Shown piece after piece: positions 1 to 11,795 of a stretch of 20,000 bases of DNA (its first letter is position 1; each line of letters begins with the position of its first letter). The stretch spans positions 719,376 to 739,375 of the forward strand of contig NW_008246076.1 in the NCBI RefSeq assembly GCF_000281045.1, written 5' to 3'. The stretch is from Saprolegnia diclina VS20 (Eukaryota). The notes beneath the pieces are model-generated. The model did no database searches. It was not told the origin of the DNA and saw nothing but the letters and a program-made list of their open reading frames with translations. The position numbers and the translations under genes are program-made.

Positions 1-381
1 CGCACGATCATTGTGGGCCAAAACATTACAGACGACGTCACGCTCGGTGCGAGTCCGCAGTCGCGCTACATGATGTTCTGGTACGTCTCAAACGGTTGTT
101 GCCAATCTAGAATCTAATATTCGGCGGCTAGGTACGTGCTGGACCGTGTCAACGACTTCCAGACCAAGCTCCGTGTGCTTGCGGTCTCGTCGCACTACTT
201 TAACGCGCGCGGGTATGTCTCGCGTGACGACGAATTTGCGCTGATCGGGTACAAGCCGACGGGCGCCGTCGAAAACACGGAGCTCGCGCGTTTCAAGTAC
301 CACGTCTCGCGCATGTACACGCGCACGTCGGGCATGTTTGAGCGCGACCTCGATAGTTACATCGCGACCACGCTCGCATGA
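1..381 (+). CDS. 3' part of a hypothetical protein (5'-truncated by the window); exons <1-80 and 132-381
   Basis: Open frame from base 1 (RTIIVGQNITDDVTLGASPQSRYMMFW). A 51-nt GTACGT...CTAG intron (81-131) contains an in-frame TAA; removing it joins to YVLDRVNDFQTKLRV...IATTLA*. GC3-rich codons. Confidence 0.75.
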
Positions 382-1154
382 CAACATTGTCGCCTACTAG
401 TATATTTTTGTAGCGTTTTCTATAATTTTTGGTAACGTTATTTGCGCCTTTTTCCGAGTTGGTCGAGTTAATGTGCACCGTGATGTTGCAACAGGGGTAG
501 GGTTCACGGGTTGGCGACCGGAAGATGACGAGCACCAACCTCGTTCCTGCACGGCCAATCCGGATCAGTTGCAAGTAGCTATTGAATCAGTCGGCGGTGG
601 CCAGCGCGCGCTGCCCACACGTGCGGTGGAGATGCAGCGGCTCGGTGGGACTTGCCGTTCCGAGCTGCGTGCATACATGTACCCGACAACACGGCATGCG
701 TGACCACAGAAACAGAGCCGACCGTCAGTCATTCAAGCGAGTCTGGCTCCGACGTCTCTGTCATTTGAGAGAGAAACGCTAGCTGCGGCCACCTTTGGTG
801 GAAGCGCCTTATCCACATGTGGGGGCGAGGACGACTGCCTCAAACCTACATACGAGAGCACGTCCAAACCAACGAAATCGATTGGTGCATCTTGGTGGAC
901 CAAAGCCGCGTTGACGCTACGTCGTCACGGTATCAGTCTCGACTGGTACATGTAGCCCATGTTGCCGTGTGAACTCTTGCGCTCGAATGGGCAAGCGGTG
1001 GGTGTTTTTAACACCATTTCATGTCCTATATTATTTACGAATCGTTTCGGTAAAACACACAAATGGTGTACATCTCGAACACCATTTCGGTGTGTCGGTT
1101 AGAAAAACCCGTGACAAAGCGTGCGTAATCGGGCCAGATTCCTTGCCGGTGAGG

Positions 1155-2455
1155 ATGAAGGTACTGGCCGAGGGCGACCTCCGGAAGCGCTGCGCGACGC
1201 TGCCCATGATGCGCCGGCGCTACTGCATGCTGCTGCTCGATGACAGCAATAGCGCCAAGCTCAAGGTGCTCCTGCGCTCGTACAAGAGCAAGGCCGAGCG
1301 TGACGGCAGCGCCGACAGCTTTGTGTCGTCGCACGTGGTCAAGTGCATTGGCGAGTGGACGGGCAAAGGGAATCTGCATACATATCCGCATGCGTTTGTG
1401 GTCGAGACGGCGCAGAGCAAGCTCTTCCACTGCTCGGCGCCGTCCAGCGAGGCCAAGGCGAGCTGGATGCACGCGATCCCGTTTGCCGAAGATGGCCTGT
1501 ACGCGCTCGTCGGGCCCGGCGTCACGCCCATTCTCTCGGCCTCGTCCCAAGACGACGTGCCCACGCCCAACGACGCGCCGATGCCAGCGTCCTTCCACGA
1601 GTCGACGACCAACGTCCGCGAGTCGACGGCCAACGTCCGCGCGTCCCAAGCTGCGCGCCCGCCACCTCGTACGTCGTGTGCCCGTCGTAGCTAGCCCGTG
1701 TGTAAAGCATCATGTAGCTTCGCGCGAGTCGTCGACTCGTCCAGAGAGCAGCAATCTCGAGCGGCCAGTGAAAGCGCGGCCACCGAGCGTAAAGGACGCC
1801 TTGTTTCAGCGCAAGGCCAAGCAGACAACGAAGCGGGACCTTGTCGCCGACCTCGAGATCGAAAGCGACGAGGAGGGTGCTGCGCCGGTACCCGCGACCG
1901 ATCCCTATCTCTGGACGATGTCTCACGGACGACGGCGAGTAGGAGAGCGTGCTGCTCGAGCCGTCGCTGCTTGGGCCCAAGATCGACCCTTACGAAGTCG
2001 ACGTGCACATTGGCTATGTGCCGCCCGCGCCCATGAAGCTGCAGTTTGAGGTCGACCCGCAGGCCACGGCGATGACGTCCGTGGCGCCGTCCAACGACAG
2101 CGACGAGGATGAGATCGTACCGATGGATCCTGATTTGTACGCGCGCATTTCGCAGCTGCGTATGGACGAAGCCAAGGAAGCAACGCGCCGACCAAAAGAC
2201 GAGGCGCGACTTCGGCGGAATGAGGCCGAGCCCCGGGTGGCCCGCAAGGTCAAAGCCAAGAAGCACAAGAAAAGAGGGGCGGACGAGAGCAGTCGCGATC
2301 CGCACCACCACCACCACAGTAGCAGTAGCACGAGCCAACCTACGTTGACGTCCAAGCGAGACAAGTCGCGTCGCGAGGCGTCGCCGAGTCCGCCGGCGCC
2401 CCGTCGCGCCCCGCCACTGGTGAGGATTCGGGTTGATGGGCGGTTGGATGACTGA
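1155..2455 (+). CDS. PH-domain protein with low-complexity C-terminus, about 398 aa; exons 1155-1668, 1718-1887, 1943-2455
   Basis: N-terminus VLAEGDLRKR...RRRYCML...HAFVVET...FHCSAPSSEAKASWMHAI has the PH pattern (EGxLxK, RYxxL, C-terminal helix Trp). Introns 1669-1717 and 1888-1942 are GT..AG and join three ORF-track frames in phase. Confidence 0.8.
1599..1640 (+). repeat. 21-bp coding tandem duplication (ESTTNVR/ESTANVR)
   Basis: gagtcgacgaccaacgtccgc followed by gagtcgacggccaacgtccgc. Confidence 0.85.
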
Positions 2456-2896
2456 TGTACCGCTTGTAGCCGGCGGACGATGCACCACAGCCGCATGCTG
2501 TACGACCAGCGCCCTTGCCGAAAGGACCGGCGCTGGCGCTGCCCGACATTGAGGGGTTTTAAGTCGAACAAGCATGTCGTTCAATACTCAAGTTGAACGT
2601 TTTTCTTGCTTGGAGGGAGATTGTATTTGTGCTGGCGACTGACGAGGGCTAGGTCACCACCAGTCGTATCGCCGGGATAAAGCGTGCAGAGCTGTCGAGC
2701 TCCTTGGTGCTATTGCAAGTAAAACCAGCGACTTGCTGGGGATCAAACCCAGCTCTACTTGGAGATGAACTACAAACTACATGTACTATCGACAAGGCCA
2801 TTTTCAAACTGCCTTTTCCGAGCCAGGTAAAAACCAATGTACCGACTCGTAGTACAAGGGATTTTGTTCAGTTTGTGTGTATACACGTGGGATTTG

Positions 2897-3265
2897 ATGC
2901 AACGAACGGAGGCACTCGACACCTCGAGCAGCAGCGTGGTGCTGCCCGCTTTGCGACCAAGTGCGACCTTGCACGAGGCGGATGATGGATCGTCCAACGT
3001 GCTCGTCGCGTCGATGCTTGTTGCGCTTCTCGCGTTGCTCGTCGTAGCTGCGCTCCTCGTCCGCCGACGCCGCCGACAACGCACCCGCGCGGCAAGTGTC
3101 AAGTGTCTCGACCTGCCGTACGGTTTGAACCTGCCCGTGCTCTCGCCGCCGCGCCAAGCGTCTTCATTGGAGATGTACGAGTGGGTCGGCAGCACTGCGT
3201 CGCCCATGCTCGCCATCCCCGAGCACGTCCTTTGCAGCATGAACGACCGCCTCGCGCCGTTGTGA
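2897..3265 (+). CDS. Small single-pass membrane protein (about 122 aa), unknown function
   Basis: Hydrophobic VLVASMLVALLALLVVAALLV followed by RRRRRQR (positive-inside stop-transfer). GC-rich coding-like island in AT-richer flanks. The start could alternatively be 2837. Confidence 0.6.
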   Translation: MQRTEALDTSSSSVVLPALRPSATLHEADDGSSNVLVASMLVALLALLVVAALLVRRRRRQRTRAASVKCLDLPYGLNLPVLSPPRQASSLEMYEWVGSTASPMLAIPEHVLCSMNDRLAPL

Positions 3266-4166
3266 TCCATGCAAAATGGACGTGGCAGCACACGGTCGAA
3301 GCACGGATATACAGACGACGTCGTAGTCGATACATATTACATGGGACTAATCTCGATATCTATAAACATAGTGCGGATTCTTGACGCACTGACAAAGACT
3401 TGGCGACAACAACCAATCATCAGGTTCTCGTACTAGAGTGCTGCCAAACATGAATGTCGTTGGCGTTGGTGCAAGTGTCTCGGTACTACTGTGCTGTCTG
3501 GGCCGTGCCTGCAGAGGTGCCATCGAGAGGGCTCATTGAGCTCGTCTCTCGTCCCCATGGGATACCTGTGTTCTTTTGAAAGGTTTAGAGCTGGGGATCT
3601 GTGTTTATTAGATCGTTAAATCAAACGCAAGCGAAGCTACGACGACGCACTCCGTGACGGCCTTGAAACCCCGTGATCTGGAGCAAAGCTGCCGAGGAGG
3701 TCGTCTGTCAGCCGCGGTGCAGGATCAAGTCAACAGTACTAGGAGTTCGCGCGGTTGTTGTTGAAACGAGCTATTGCATGTAACTACAAATATATGGTGG
3801 ACTACCTAATGCGCTCGTGAAGCGTGGTCGGTGCGTCAAGCGAGGAGCGTTAATGGCCGTGATTTGGGAACCAGGGACAAGGTAGCGCGCGCACCAAGGG
3901 TCGTCTCGAAGGGCGTTCTGGGAGCTCGGGCGGTCGCACCATTCGATGCCACACTCTGCACAAAACGTCATATGACGACTACATTCAAGACAGAATATAT
4001 ATGTCCATCGGTGTGTCGCGATCCCTCGCCGCCGCCGTGTGGTTGCTGCGCGCAGCGCGTGCCACGTCAATTGACGTTGAACGCGTTTAAGGTTGCGAGA
4101 ACGCGTTTAAACACCTCCAAACGTCGTGTTGTGATTGGTCGGCGAAAATACCGAGCAGCGGGGGCC

Positions 4167-4181
4167 CAGTCTTGACTTTGC
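4167..4181 (+). promoter_or_regulatory. Oomycete Inr/FPR-like core promoter (CAGTCTTGACTTTGC), with an ATTGG (CCAAT) box about 30 nt upstream
   Basis: Same CA[GT]T-N4-A[CG]TTTGC pattern as at 6151 and 16302; lies just before the ATG. Confidence 0.55.
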
Positions 4182-4184
4182 ACC

Positions 4185-5384
4185 ATGTTCAGCTACCTCA
4201 GCGAGACGCTCAACATCAAGAACCTCGGCGAGCTCATTGCGCCGACGCTGACGCCCGAGCAGCAGCTGCACCAGGCCATCAGCGACGGCCTCCCCGAGAA
4301 GGTCCGCCACCTCCTCGACGACGTCAAGGTCAGCGTCAACGCGCGCACGCCCGAAGGCTCGTACCCGATCCACTCGGCTGCGTACGCCGGGCGCGTCGAC
4401 ATCTTTAACCTCCTCCTCGAGCGCGGCGCCGACATTACGACGCTGGGGCCGCGCGGCAACACGCCGCTGCACCTCGCCTGCGCCCAAGGCCACTTTGAGC
4501 TGGCCAAGCTCCTCGTCGGCCGCGGGGCCAACGTCGCCCAGCGCAACCAGAGCGGCCGCACGTCGTACGATGTGGCCAAGGGCGACAGTTTGCGCCAATT
4601 TTTGCTCCCGCTGCAGTTCCAGCACGAAGACCCGACCGAGCGCGCGGCCGCGGTGCAGCAAGCCCACCAAATGGGCTTGACGGGGTTCCACGACCCGACG
4701 ATGCCGCAGGCTGCGATCGCGCCGCCGCCGACGAGCATTCCGTATGGGTCGGCGCCGCCCATGGGGGGCGGGTACCAAGACGCACCGATGGCGTCCGACC
4801 CGCACGCAGCATTGTACGCACCGCCGACGCACAGTGCGATTCCGCGCGGCGCCGCAGCCCGCCGGGACCCCAAGGTCACCCGACCTATTGCAGCCGACGG
4901 GTTTGGCTCGAGCGTTGGCAACGCTGAGCTCACTGCGTTTTACGGCAACACGGTCTCGATCAACCAAGCGGTGCCGCCGCCGCCCGTCATGGCGGGACCG
5001 CCGTCGCACCCGATGACGGCCGCGTCGACACTGGCCCCGGCCCCCGCACCGCGCAAGAGCGTGCCACCCCAGTTCAAGATCTTCAACCCCAAGCTCGCCC
5101 AGCAAAACCACAGCCAAGACGGTGTCGGGCGCCCGCAGTCGGCCGGCAACCAGCACCCGGAACCTATGACGTCGGCGGCGTCGTTTGGTCCGAGCTCGGG
5201 CCCGTCGGCCATGGGCCAGGCGTCGTATGCGCAGCAGTCGTATGCGCCATACCACGCGGCGCCCACGTACAATACGTCATCGTTTGGCCAGCACCAGCAA
5301 CCTGCGTTCCCGCCGTCGCCCGATGGCCGCTACGTGCAAGAAGAGTCGGTGGACTTTTCGGCCCACACGAGCGCACTGCAGTAA
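4185..5384 (+). CDS. Ankyrin-repeat protein with Pro/Gln-rich C-terminal region (399 aa, intronless)
   Basis: Canonical ankyrin repeats LHQAISDG, GSYPIHSAAYAGRVDIFNLLLERGAD, GNTPLHLACAQGHFELAKLLVGRGAN, GRTSYDVA. Confidence 0.92.
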   Translation: MFSYLSETLNIKNLGELIAPTLTPEQQLHQAISDGLPEKVRHLLDDVKVSVNARTPEGSYPIHSAAYAGRVDIFNLLLERGADITTLGPRGNTPLHLACAQGHFELAKLLVGRGANVAQRNQSGRTSYDVAKGDSLRQFLLPLQFQHEDPTERAAAVQQAHQMGLTGFHDPTMPQAAIAPPPTSIPYGSAPPMGGGYQDAPMASDPHAALYAPPTHSAIPRGAAARRDPKVTRPIAADGFGSSVGNAELTAFYGNTVSINQAVPPPPVMAGPPSHPMTAASTLAPAPAPRKSVPPQFKIFNPKLAQQNHSQDGVGRPQSAGNQHPEPMTSAASFGPSSGPSAMGQASYAQQSYAPYHAAPTYNTSSFGQHQQPAFPPSPDGRYVQEESVDFSAHTSALQ

Positions 5385-6150
5385 CGTTAGTAGCTTAGGA
5401 ATATAATCAATCGAGTATCAGCGAGTTGTATGTAGGACAACACAGCGTGTGCCTGTAGAAGCAACGTATAGAGTGCAAAGCCGTGCAGGAATCGAAGCGT
5501 CAAGTCGACTGGCGTATACGTCTCTGGGTGCAGCAGAGGCGCACGCCAGCCACCTCGTGTTGTCCGACGATGACGTGCTGCAGTGCCCGTCAAGGCTCCC
5601 GTCTGCCCGTCAGCTCGTCGACTCAAACGTACATGCAACCGATGTACTACACTATGAAGGGAATCGCGCAGTTAACGATGCCCATGTCGCTCCAAGCGAC
5701 GCTTGGCTGTGGAAGTACACTGTAGCCGACTGGATACTTCAACGTCCGTCGAATCTGGTGGGTGCCAGATCATTTTTGTGGTCGTAACTCTGGCCAGGAT
5801 CTCAGACCACGGGCGTTGTGCACCTGGAAAAGCCAGGACGGACGGAGATACGAGCTACTTGGTGTACTTGAAGCAATGTTGAAGCCCGCGGTTAATGCCA
5901 CATTGCAGCGCGTCGCAACACCAAGTCCGTCGGCGGTCGGCGGTCGATCGTGCGCGGTTTCCACTAAAGAAGAGAAGAAGAGAGGCGGCAAGAGCCCTGT
6001 GCTGCATGATGACGAGCACGAGGTCGGCCGACGCCGTGACGAAGGCCGCGAAAGCCAGCGCTCGACGAACGCTGGGATCCCGTCGCAGGTGATATCGCCG
6101 GTCGTGATTGGGTGACGCCAGTGCCATCTGGCGATTCGATTCGACGCGGC

Positions 6151-6165
6151 CAGTTTGCAGTTTGC
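6151..6165 (+). promoter_or_regulatory. Inr/FPR-like core promoter (CAGTTTGCAGTTTGC), with an ATTGG box near 6107
   Basis: Motif match 22 nt before the ATG at 6188. Confidence 0.55.
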
Positions 6166-6187
6166 CTTTTGGACGCTGGAAAGCAGC

Positions 6188-7180
6188 ATGTTGACAGCCC
6201 CGTCGTTGGTGCTCCTCCTCGCGGGCGCGGCGGCCGCGACCAACTCGACCTTTGTCTTCAAGGTGGACATGACCGTGCAGGGCGTCCGCGCCAGCCGCAA
6301 CCAAGACAACGTGCTCATCCCGTGCCAGAGCAACGTCTGCGTGCCGTCGGGCGGCGCGAGCTTCGAGTTTTGCCGAACAGCGTGCAACTCGGAGGCGGGC
6401 CAGGCCGACTGCGCGTCCAAGTGCACGTGCAACGGCACAAAGCCCGGCTTCATGTGCGCCGGCGTCTGCAACGCGGCCAAGACGGCCGACGAGTGCGGAT
6501 CGCCCGTCTTTCAAAAATGCATTGGCCAAGACCTCGTGTGCGACCGGACACCGCCGTCGCCAGCGCCGAGTCCGTCGTCGACGCCAGCGCCCAGCTCGTC
6601 GCCCAACCCAACGCCGAGCCCATCTTCCAACCCGACACCTAGTCCGACACCGTCGCCCAGTTCATCGCCTTACCCGACGCCAAGCCCGACCTCCAACCCG
6701 ACGCCAAGCCCTTCGTCTAGCCCTTCACCGAGTCCTTCGCCGAGTCCATCTTCGTCGCCTAGTCCGGCGCCGACGCAGCGCGTGCGCTTTGTCAAGCTCC
6801 AGAGCCCGGGCGAGGCCCACTTGATCGAGTACTACACGGGCCTGTACTTTGGCGCTGGTCAAAACAACGCGAATGACGCGTTCGACTGGGACCCGTCGGT
6901 CGGGTCGATTCGCTCGGTGAGCGGCAACGCGTGCCTCGACGCGTTTCTTGCGGATGACAAGAAGTTCTACCTGCACACGTACCCGTGCGACGCGGCCAAC
7001 CCGAACCAGTGGTGGATCTACGACGATGGCGCGCGCCAAGTGCGCCACAAGACCCACAGCAACATGTGCCTCGACGCCGACCCGTCCGACGCCGACAAGA
7101 AGGTGCAAATGTACACTTGCGCCCAAGGCAACGCGCACCAGTACTTTGAGATGCGCCCGATCTTGTCGCGTGGACAGTAA
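6188..7180 (+). CDS. Secreted protein: signal peptide, Cys-rich domain, Pro/Ser/Thr linker, C-terminal ricin-B (beta-trefoil) lectin domain (330 aa)
   Basis: [17 protein letters not shown] signal peptide; many Cys; (PSPS/PTPS)n linker; CLDA...C..NPNQWW and CLDAD...VQMYTC...AHQYF ricin (QxW) repeats. Confidence 0.9.
   Translation: MLTAPSLVLLLAGAAAATNSTFVFKVDMTVQGVRASRNQDNVLIPCQSNVCVPSGGASFEFCRTACNSEAGQADCASKCTCNGTKPGFMCAGVCNAAKTADECGSPVFQKCIGQDLVCDRTPPSPAPSPSSTPAPSSSPNPTPSPSSNPTPSPTPSPSSSPYPTPSPTSNPTPSPSSSPSPSPSPSPSSSPSPAPTQRVRFVKLQSPGEAHLIEYYTGLYFGAGQNNANDAFDWDPSVGSIRSVSGNACLDAFLADDKKFYLHTYPCDAANPNQWWIYDDGARQVRHKTHSNMCLDADPSDADKKVQMYTCAQGNAHQYFEMRPILSRGQ
6548..6775 (+). repeat. Coding Pro-Ser-Thr degenerate repeat linker
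   Basis: [37 protein letters not shown]... Confidence 0.85.
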
Positions 7181-7245
7181 TGCATAACCTTTTTTTCTAT
7201 TTCGTACAAGTTGTACACATTGTGAGTCCGATTGAAACCGTCGAC

Positions 7246-10106
7246 ATGAGCCGTGGCAAGCGGCGCAACAAGCCCAAGCGCCTTGGAGGACCCGACCGCG
7301 GCGACGAGGCCAACATCAAAGACACCGACAACGACGAGGACGCGGCTGCCGACGGCAGTCCACCAAGTGGGGCCGCCAATGGCGCCAGTAGTACAGACAC
7401 GGCGCTCTCCTCCGAGGCCCAACAACCCACCGGCACGGCCGACGCAGAAACGTCGTCCAGTCCCGCAGAGCCACCAATGGCTACATCACCGGCCACAGAT
7501 CCCTCCCCACCGGCCAGAATCGATGATGCAACGACGTCAGCGATCGACGTGCACCCGCCGTCTACTAGTATATCAGAAACCACCACATCAAAGTCCACAT
7601 CAGTGGCCAGATCAGAAGCTAGATCAGAGACCACATCACAAGCCAGATCAGAGAACGCCACACCCATGTCCGAGACACCAGTGTCGGCTATCCCAGTAAC
7701 GCCAGTGGTCCAGGCGTCTGCAGTCTCTGGGGCCACCACTGTGGACAGTGCGACAGCTGTAGCCGCCGAGAAAAGGACTCTTTCCAATACTGACGTGGCT
7801 GACCGCTCGCGTCGACTCCTAACGCGGCCCGAAGCCGAGCGCATCGTCCAGCACCTCGTCTTTGGTCTGCTGAAGGCGTCCGTGCCGCTCGTATCTTTGC
7901 TCAAACCACGACCGACGCTTCAAGAGCTTGCGTTTCAACTACAGGCCGAGTGTCAGATCGGCCTGACATCAACAGACCTCCAAGCACTGCACGTCTACTT
8001 CCACGTCGCCGACACAAACGTACGTCTATACACATTGTCGATCTCACGCAAGACAATATTGTTGTTGTCGTAGATGTTTGACGCGGCGTCGTGCTTGGCC
8101 TTTGCTGCCACCAAGGTGTTTGTGGTCGAGCTCTATGAGTTTCAACTGCGCAAGGCTATTTTGGAGAAAGCGACCAAGCTCCGAGGCAAAGCCGACGTGC
8201 CTCGCACGCTTTTGCAGCTGCTTCCAGATACCACGACCTCGTTTGAGCCCGCCGATTTGAATACACTCGCCGTGGAGAAGCTCGGCCTTCCCAGCAGCCC
8301 GCACTGGGTTCTCCACTGCGTTATCGGTCGCATTGCCCGTGCTGGGTTCGAAAAAGCTGCTCCCAAGACGCCACCGGCGTACCCGTTGGCCGCCTTTCGA
8401 CGGCACCTGGGGCAGTTTGTTGCACGCGCGGCGTTCGATCCCGACTCGGTTGAAGGGGCGCTGCGGTCGCTCGTACAAGCTGACGCAGTGCAAGGGTTCC
8501 TAGCCATTGACACGGACGGCTCGGGCACGCTCTCTCTCGACGAGTGCACGACGTACCTCCAGGCGCAGCACTTTGCGGGTTTTCCACGAGGCGTTTTGCG
8601 GGATTTCATGGCGCGTTTCGATCGGGACGGCGACGGCACGTTGAACTTGGACGAGTTTTTGGCCGTGTGTCGACCGAAAGAACAGTTTGGTCTTCAGGTT
8701 ATCTCCTGCTTGCGGGACACTATACCCTAACCCTACAAATCGGTGTAGGTCGTGACGCCGTTTGGCTCGTTTTACATGGCGATGCCGATGATGACGTTGG
8801 TCAAGGACCTTGTTCCTAAGCTCCACAAGCGCATGTTTTGGCTCCAGCACAACCACATGCTGGGCAACGCCGACCCGAGCACAGCAGGCAAAATGGTATT
8901 CTTTTTAAACCCTACCCCTGGGGTGGATCCAAATCTTTGTGTAGCTCGTGTCGGTGGACCGATTTGTGATTCAACGACACTTTGGGGCTCTCCCGCTTGT
9001 CTACGGCGCGAACGATACGGTGCAGTCCATCTTGATGCCGGGCGAGCTCCTCGTCGTGATGGAAACCACACCGACAGGTTTAATTCATTTGATTTTTCTG
9101 ATGTTTTCGGATTGCATTCTGATATTTCCCGATAGGTCCGTCGTTGGTGTCGAAAGAAAAGTACATAGGAAAACGAGTCGCGCCTTTGCAGCGGCCGTTG
9201 GCAGCAGTCCCCGCCCCCAATGCCCCCGTAGAAGTAGAAACAACACCCGCTGCCATGGACTTGGGGGCACTGCGACGGCCGCGCCCGCCGAAACCAACGC
9301 TGTCGCTGTCGCTGCCACCGGACGTGAGCGCGTGGACGCCGCTCGACGTCAAAAAGTGGGTCATCTATGACCTCAAGCTGCCGACGCTGGCGGCAAAAGT
9401 GAGCCAAGTCGACGGCAATTCGCTCTTGGGCCTCGCGCGCACCCCGTCCGCGCTTGAGAAGACGCTCACTCATACCTTTCACATTCACTTACCGCTCCAG
9501 CGACTCCAGCTCCAGCAGGCCATCCTCCGCCTCTTGCCACCTTCTGCCACGACGACGACGCGCCAGAAACAAGCGAAGGCAAGGACGAGCTGTCGGACGA
9601 AGACCAACAGCACACCACAGCGCGAACACGAGAACCATCACGACACAGGTGCAGAGGTATTCCTTGCCGACAACGCGCCCATGGATCCTGCAGGACCAAA
9701 CAACTCGGACGACCGCGGCGCAGCCAACCCGGACAACCGCAGTGTCGACGAGGAGGACGAACGCAGTGTAGTCGAGGAGGACCGGGATCTCGTCAACCCT
9801 AGCCCTTCGCCGCCCCGCGCTACATTGCGAACGGTGGGCTCAACAATAAGCACGAACGAGGAGAATGCAGAGGACGACGAGGATGAATGTCCCGACGCTC
9901 TCTTGGTACGATCTTCTTCCACGGCGGCCAAGACCGCGGGTTCAAGTCCCGATTTGGATGGATCCATGGACGAGCCGGCGCCGCGTTTTGACGGCAGCTA
10001 TAGTGACGACGGCGGTAGCGACAACGACGCCTTGCCAAGCTTTGCGGCGCCGCATTCTTCGAGAAGCTCCGACTCGGACGACGAACTGCCTGTGTTTGCC
10101 CTGTAA
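7246..10106 (+). CDS. EF-hand pair + SAM-domain protein with disordered termini, about 882 aa; exons 7246-8019, 8074-8697, 8749-8895, 8945-9077, 9136-10106
   Basis: EF loops DTDGSGTLSLDE and DRDGDGTLNLDE; SAM-like VSAWTPLDVKKWV...L...VDGNSLLGL...QAILRL. Four GT..AG introns of 49-58 nt join five ORFs in frame. Confidence 0.8.
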
Positions 10107-10248
10107 CCCAGTTTTGAACCCGGTGGCACATGCGACATGAATTTTGTTTGTTATTGTACTAGATCACGACAATCTAGTTCGTAGAGAGGTAGTAAATAGG
10201 AGAGACACACATCGTGGACGACGACAACGAAAATCAAATGGGACTCGA

Positions 10249-11706
10249 CTAGATGAGCATCATTTTTTTCTTTGGGGAGCTCTTGGAGCGTCGTCGGGGT
10301 CGCTTCTTGCTCTCGAGGTGGAATTTATGGTTCTTGACGGCCGTCGGCGTCGCCGCCTTGATCGACACGACCTTCGGCGGCTTGCCAGTGGACTTGCCAT
10401 ACGAGCTCGCGCTGCCGCTGGACGACACGGGCGACGTCGCTGCCGTTGGTGGCAGCCACATGTCGGGGCAGTCGCGCGGCTTGTGCGCCCGCGCGTTGCA
10501 AATAAAGCACGTGAGCTCCTCGAGCGGTGCGCAAATGACGTCGAGGTGGCCGTCCGGCACCAGCGCCATCGTCGCCGCGCGGCGCAGCTCGTCGTTGAGG
10601 CGGGCCTGGCCCTTGGGATGAAAGATGACGCGGCCCACGTCATGGCCGAGGTCAAACGGGTCTTCGATCGAGAAGCGCCACGTGCCAAGGCCGAGGCCCC
10701 ACTTGCCCATCTTGGGCAGCCCCGCGCCAGTTCGAATGCTCACAACCGTCGACTTGTAGTCAAAATCCCACGCGTAAAAGTGGAAAAACCCGGCGAGGAG
10801 TGCGCCGACCGAGTCGTGGCCGCAGCGCGACGGCATGGCCTCGGGCGTCGGGCAGGCAGCCACGAGGCTGCTCGAGGCCTCGGTTGGCAGACACGGCAGG
10901 ATCGGTGTCGACCGCGTCTGGAGGTAGAAGATGACCAGCATGATCCACGCTAGGCAAAGCATCAGGTTGCGCCGTTGAAAGGTGGAAACTGCTACCGTAG
11001 GAGCTCAACGAGCCGTTCGAGGCGTCGTTGATTCCGCGCTGCTTGGCCCAGTGCTTGACGGCAAACACGAGAGGGCGCACACGCGCGTCGACTTGGCCGT
11101 ACTGGCGCAAAAGCCGCGTGTTCTCCAAGGCTAGCGGGTTGCCGACCGTAACGTCAATGGCAATCTGACGCAGAGACCAGGTTCAAAGTGATCGAGAAAG
11201 TGCAATGTACCTTGCGGCGCGTGTCCCAAAACTTGAGCAGCGGCACGCGGGCGCTGTAGATGAACTGCTCGAGCTGCAGGTCGCCCGGGTGCGCGAGGAG
11301 GCCCGCGACGCTGGCGAGGATCTGGACGCGGTCATTCCAGTTGATGGCCGCGAGCTTGGCGGGGTCGTCAAAGAAGAGACCAATGTCGAGGTCGCTGCTG
11401 CCGCCGCCAAAGCCACTAGCACGCGCAACGACCATCATTAACACCGCACCGACGACGAGATTGCACTTACTTTTGCGACGAGCCAAAGGCGCGAAGACGC
11501 AAGTGCGGCCATTTCGCCTGCACGAGGCGCTGCATCGCGTCGACGGCCTCGGCCTTGAGCGCGACTTCGGCCGTCGTCGGCTCGAGGGCCTCGAGGAGGC
11601 CGATGGTCTGGATCGTGAGGCGGCGTACGCTGTTGATGGCGCCCATGGATGCGGTCAAATGGATAGAAAAGGGTGGTCACTACTGGCGGCTGCGTAGCTG
11701 GGTCAT
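10249..11706 (-). CDS. Cid1/TUT/GLD-2-family non-canonical poly(A)/poly(U) polymerase with PAP-associated domain and CCHC zinc knuckle, about 418 aa; exons 11706-11684, 11629-11471, 11415-11211, 11164-10996, 10949-10249
   Basis: Spliced FGSSQNGFGGGSSDLDI (Pol-beta NTase motif), ARVPLLKF, third Asp in IAIDVTVGN, VKHWAKQRGINDASNGSLSSYAW, nucleotide-recognition loop IEDPFDLGHDVG, CFICNARAHKPRDC. Four in-phase introns of 46-55 nt. The first exon is least certain. Confidence 0.9.
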
Positions 11707-11780
11707 GAAGGGCGTCGGCTTCCTCTTAGCACGTCATTATCTCGTAGGATAACGACGATGAGGACCTTGGAGCAGCAAAC

Positions 11781-11795
11781 AGAAATGGAAAATGG
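11781..11795 (-). promoter_or_regulatory. Inr/FPR-like element (CCATTTTCCATTTCT) upstream of the nucleotidyltransferase
   Basis: Resembles the oomycete CATTYYNCAWTT core promoter; about 75 nt upstream of the ATG. Confidence 0.45.

Noticed and set aside
4107..5255. Long antisense or alternative-frame ORFs (also 1691-2584, 10144-10953, 14157-15026, 15383-16324, 18263-19276)
   Set aside because: Shadow ORFs of GC-rich genes with Arg/Ala-rich nonsense composition.
5449..6115. ORFs of 112 and 117 aa between the ankyrin and lectin genes
   Set aside because: Non-ATG starts and no recognisable motif; possibly relic sequence but unsupported.
8722..8736. Telomere-like CCCTAACCCTA
   Set aside because: Fewer than two full units, inside an intron at the CTAAC branch-point position.
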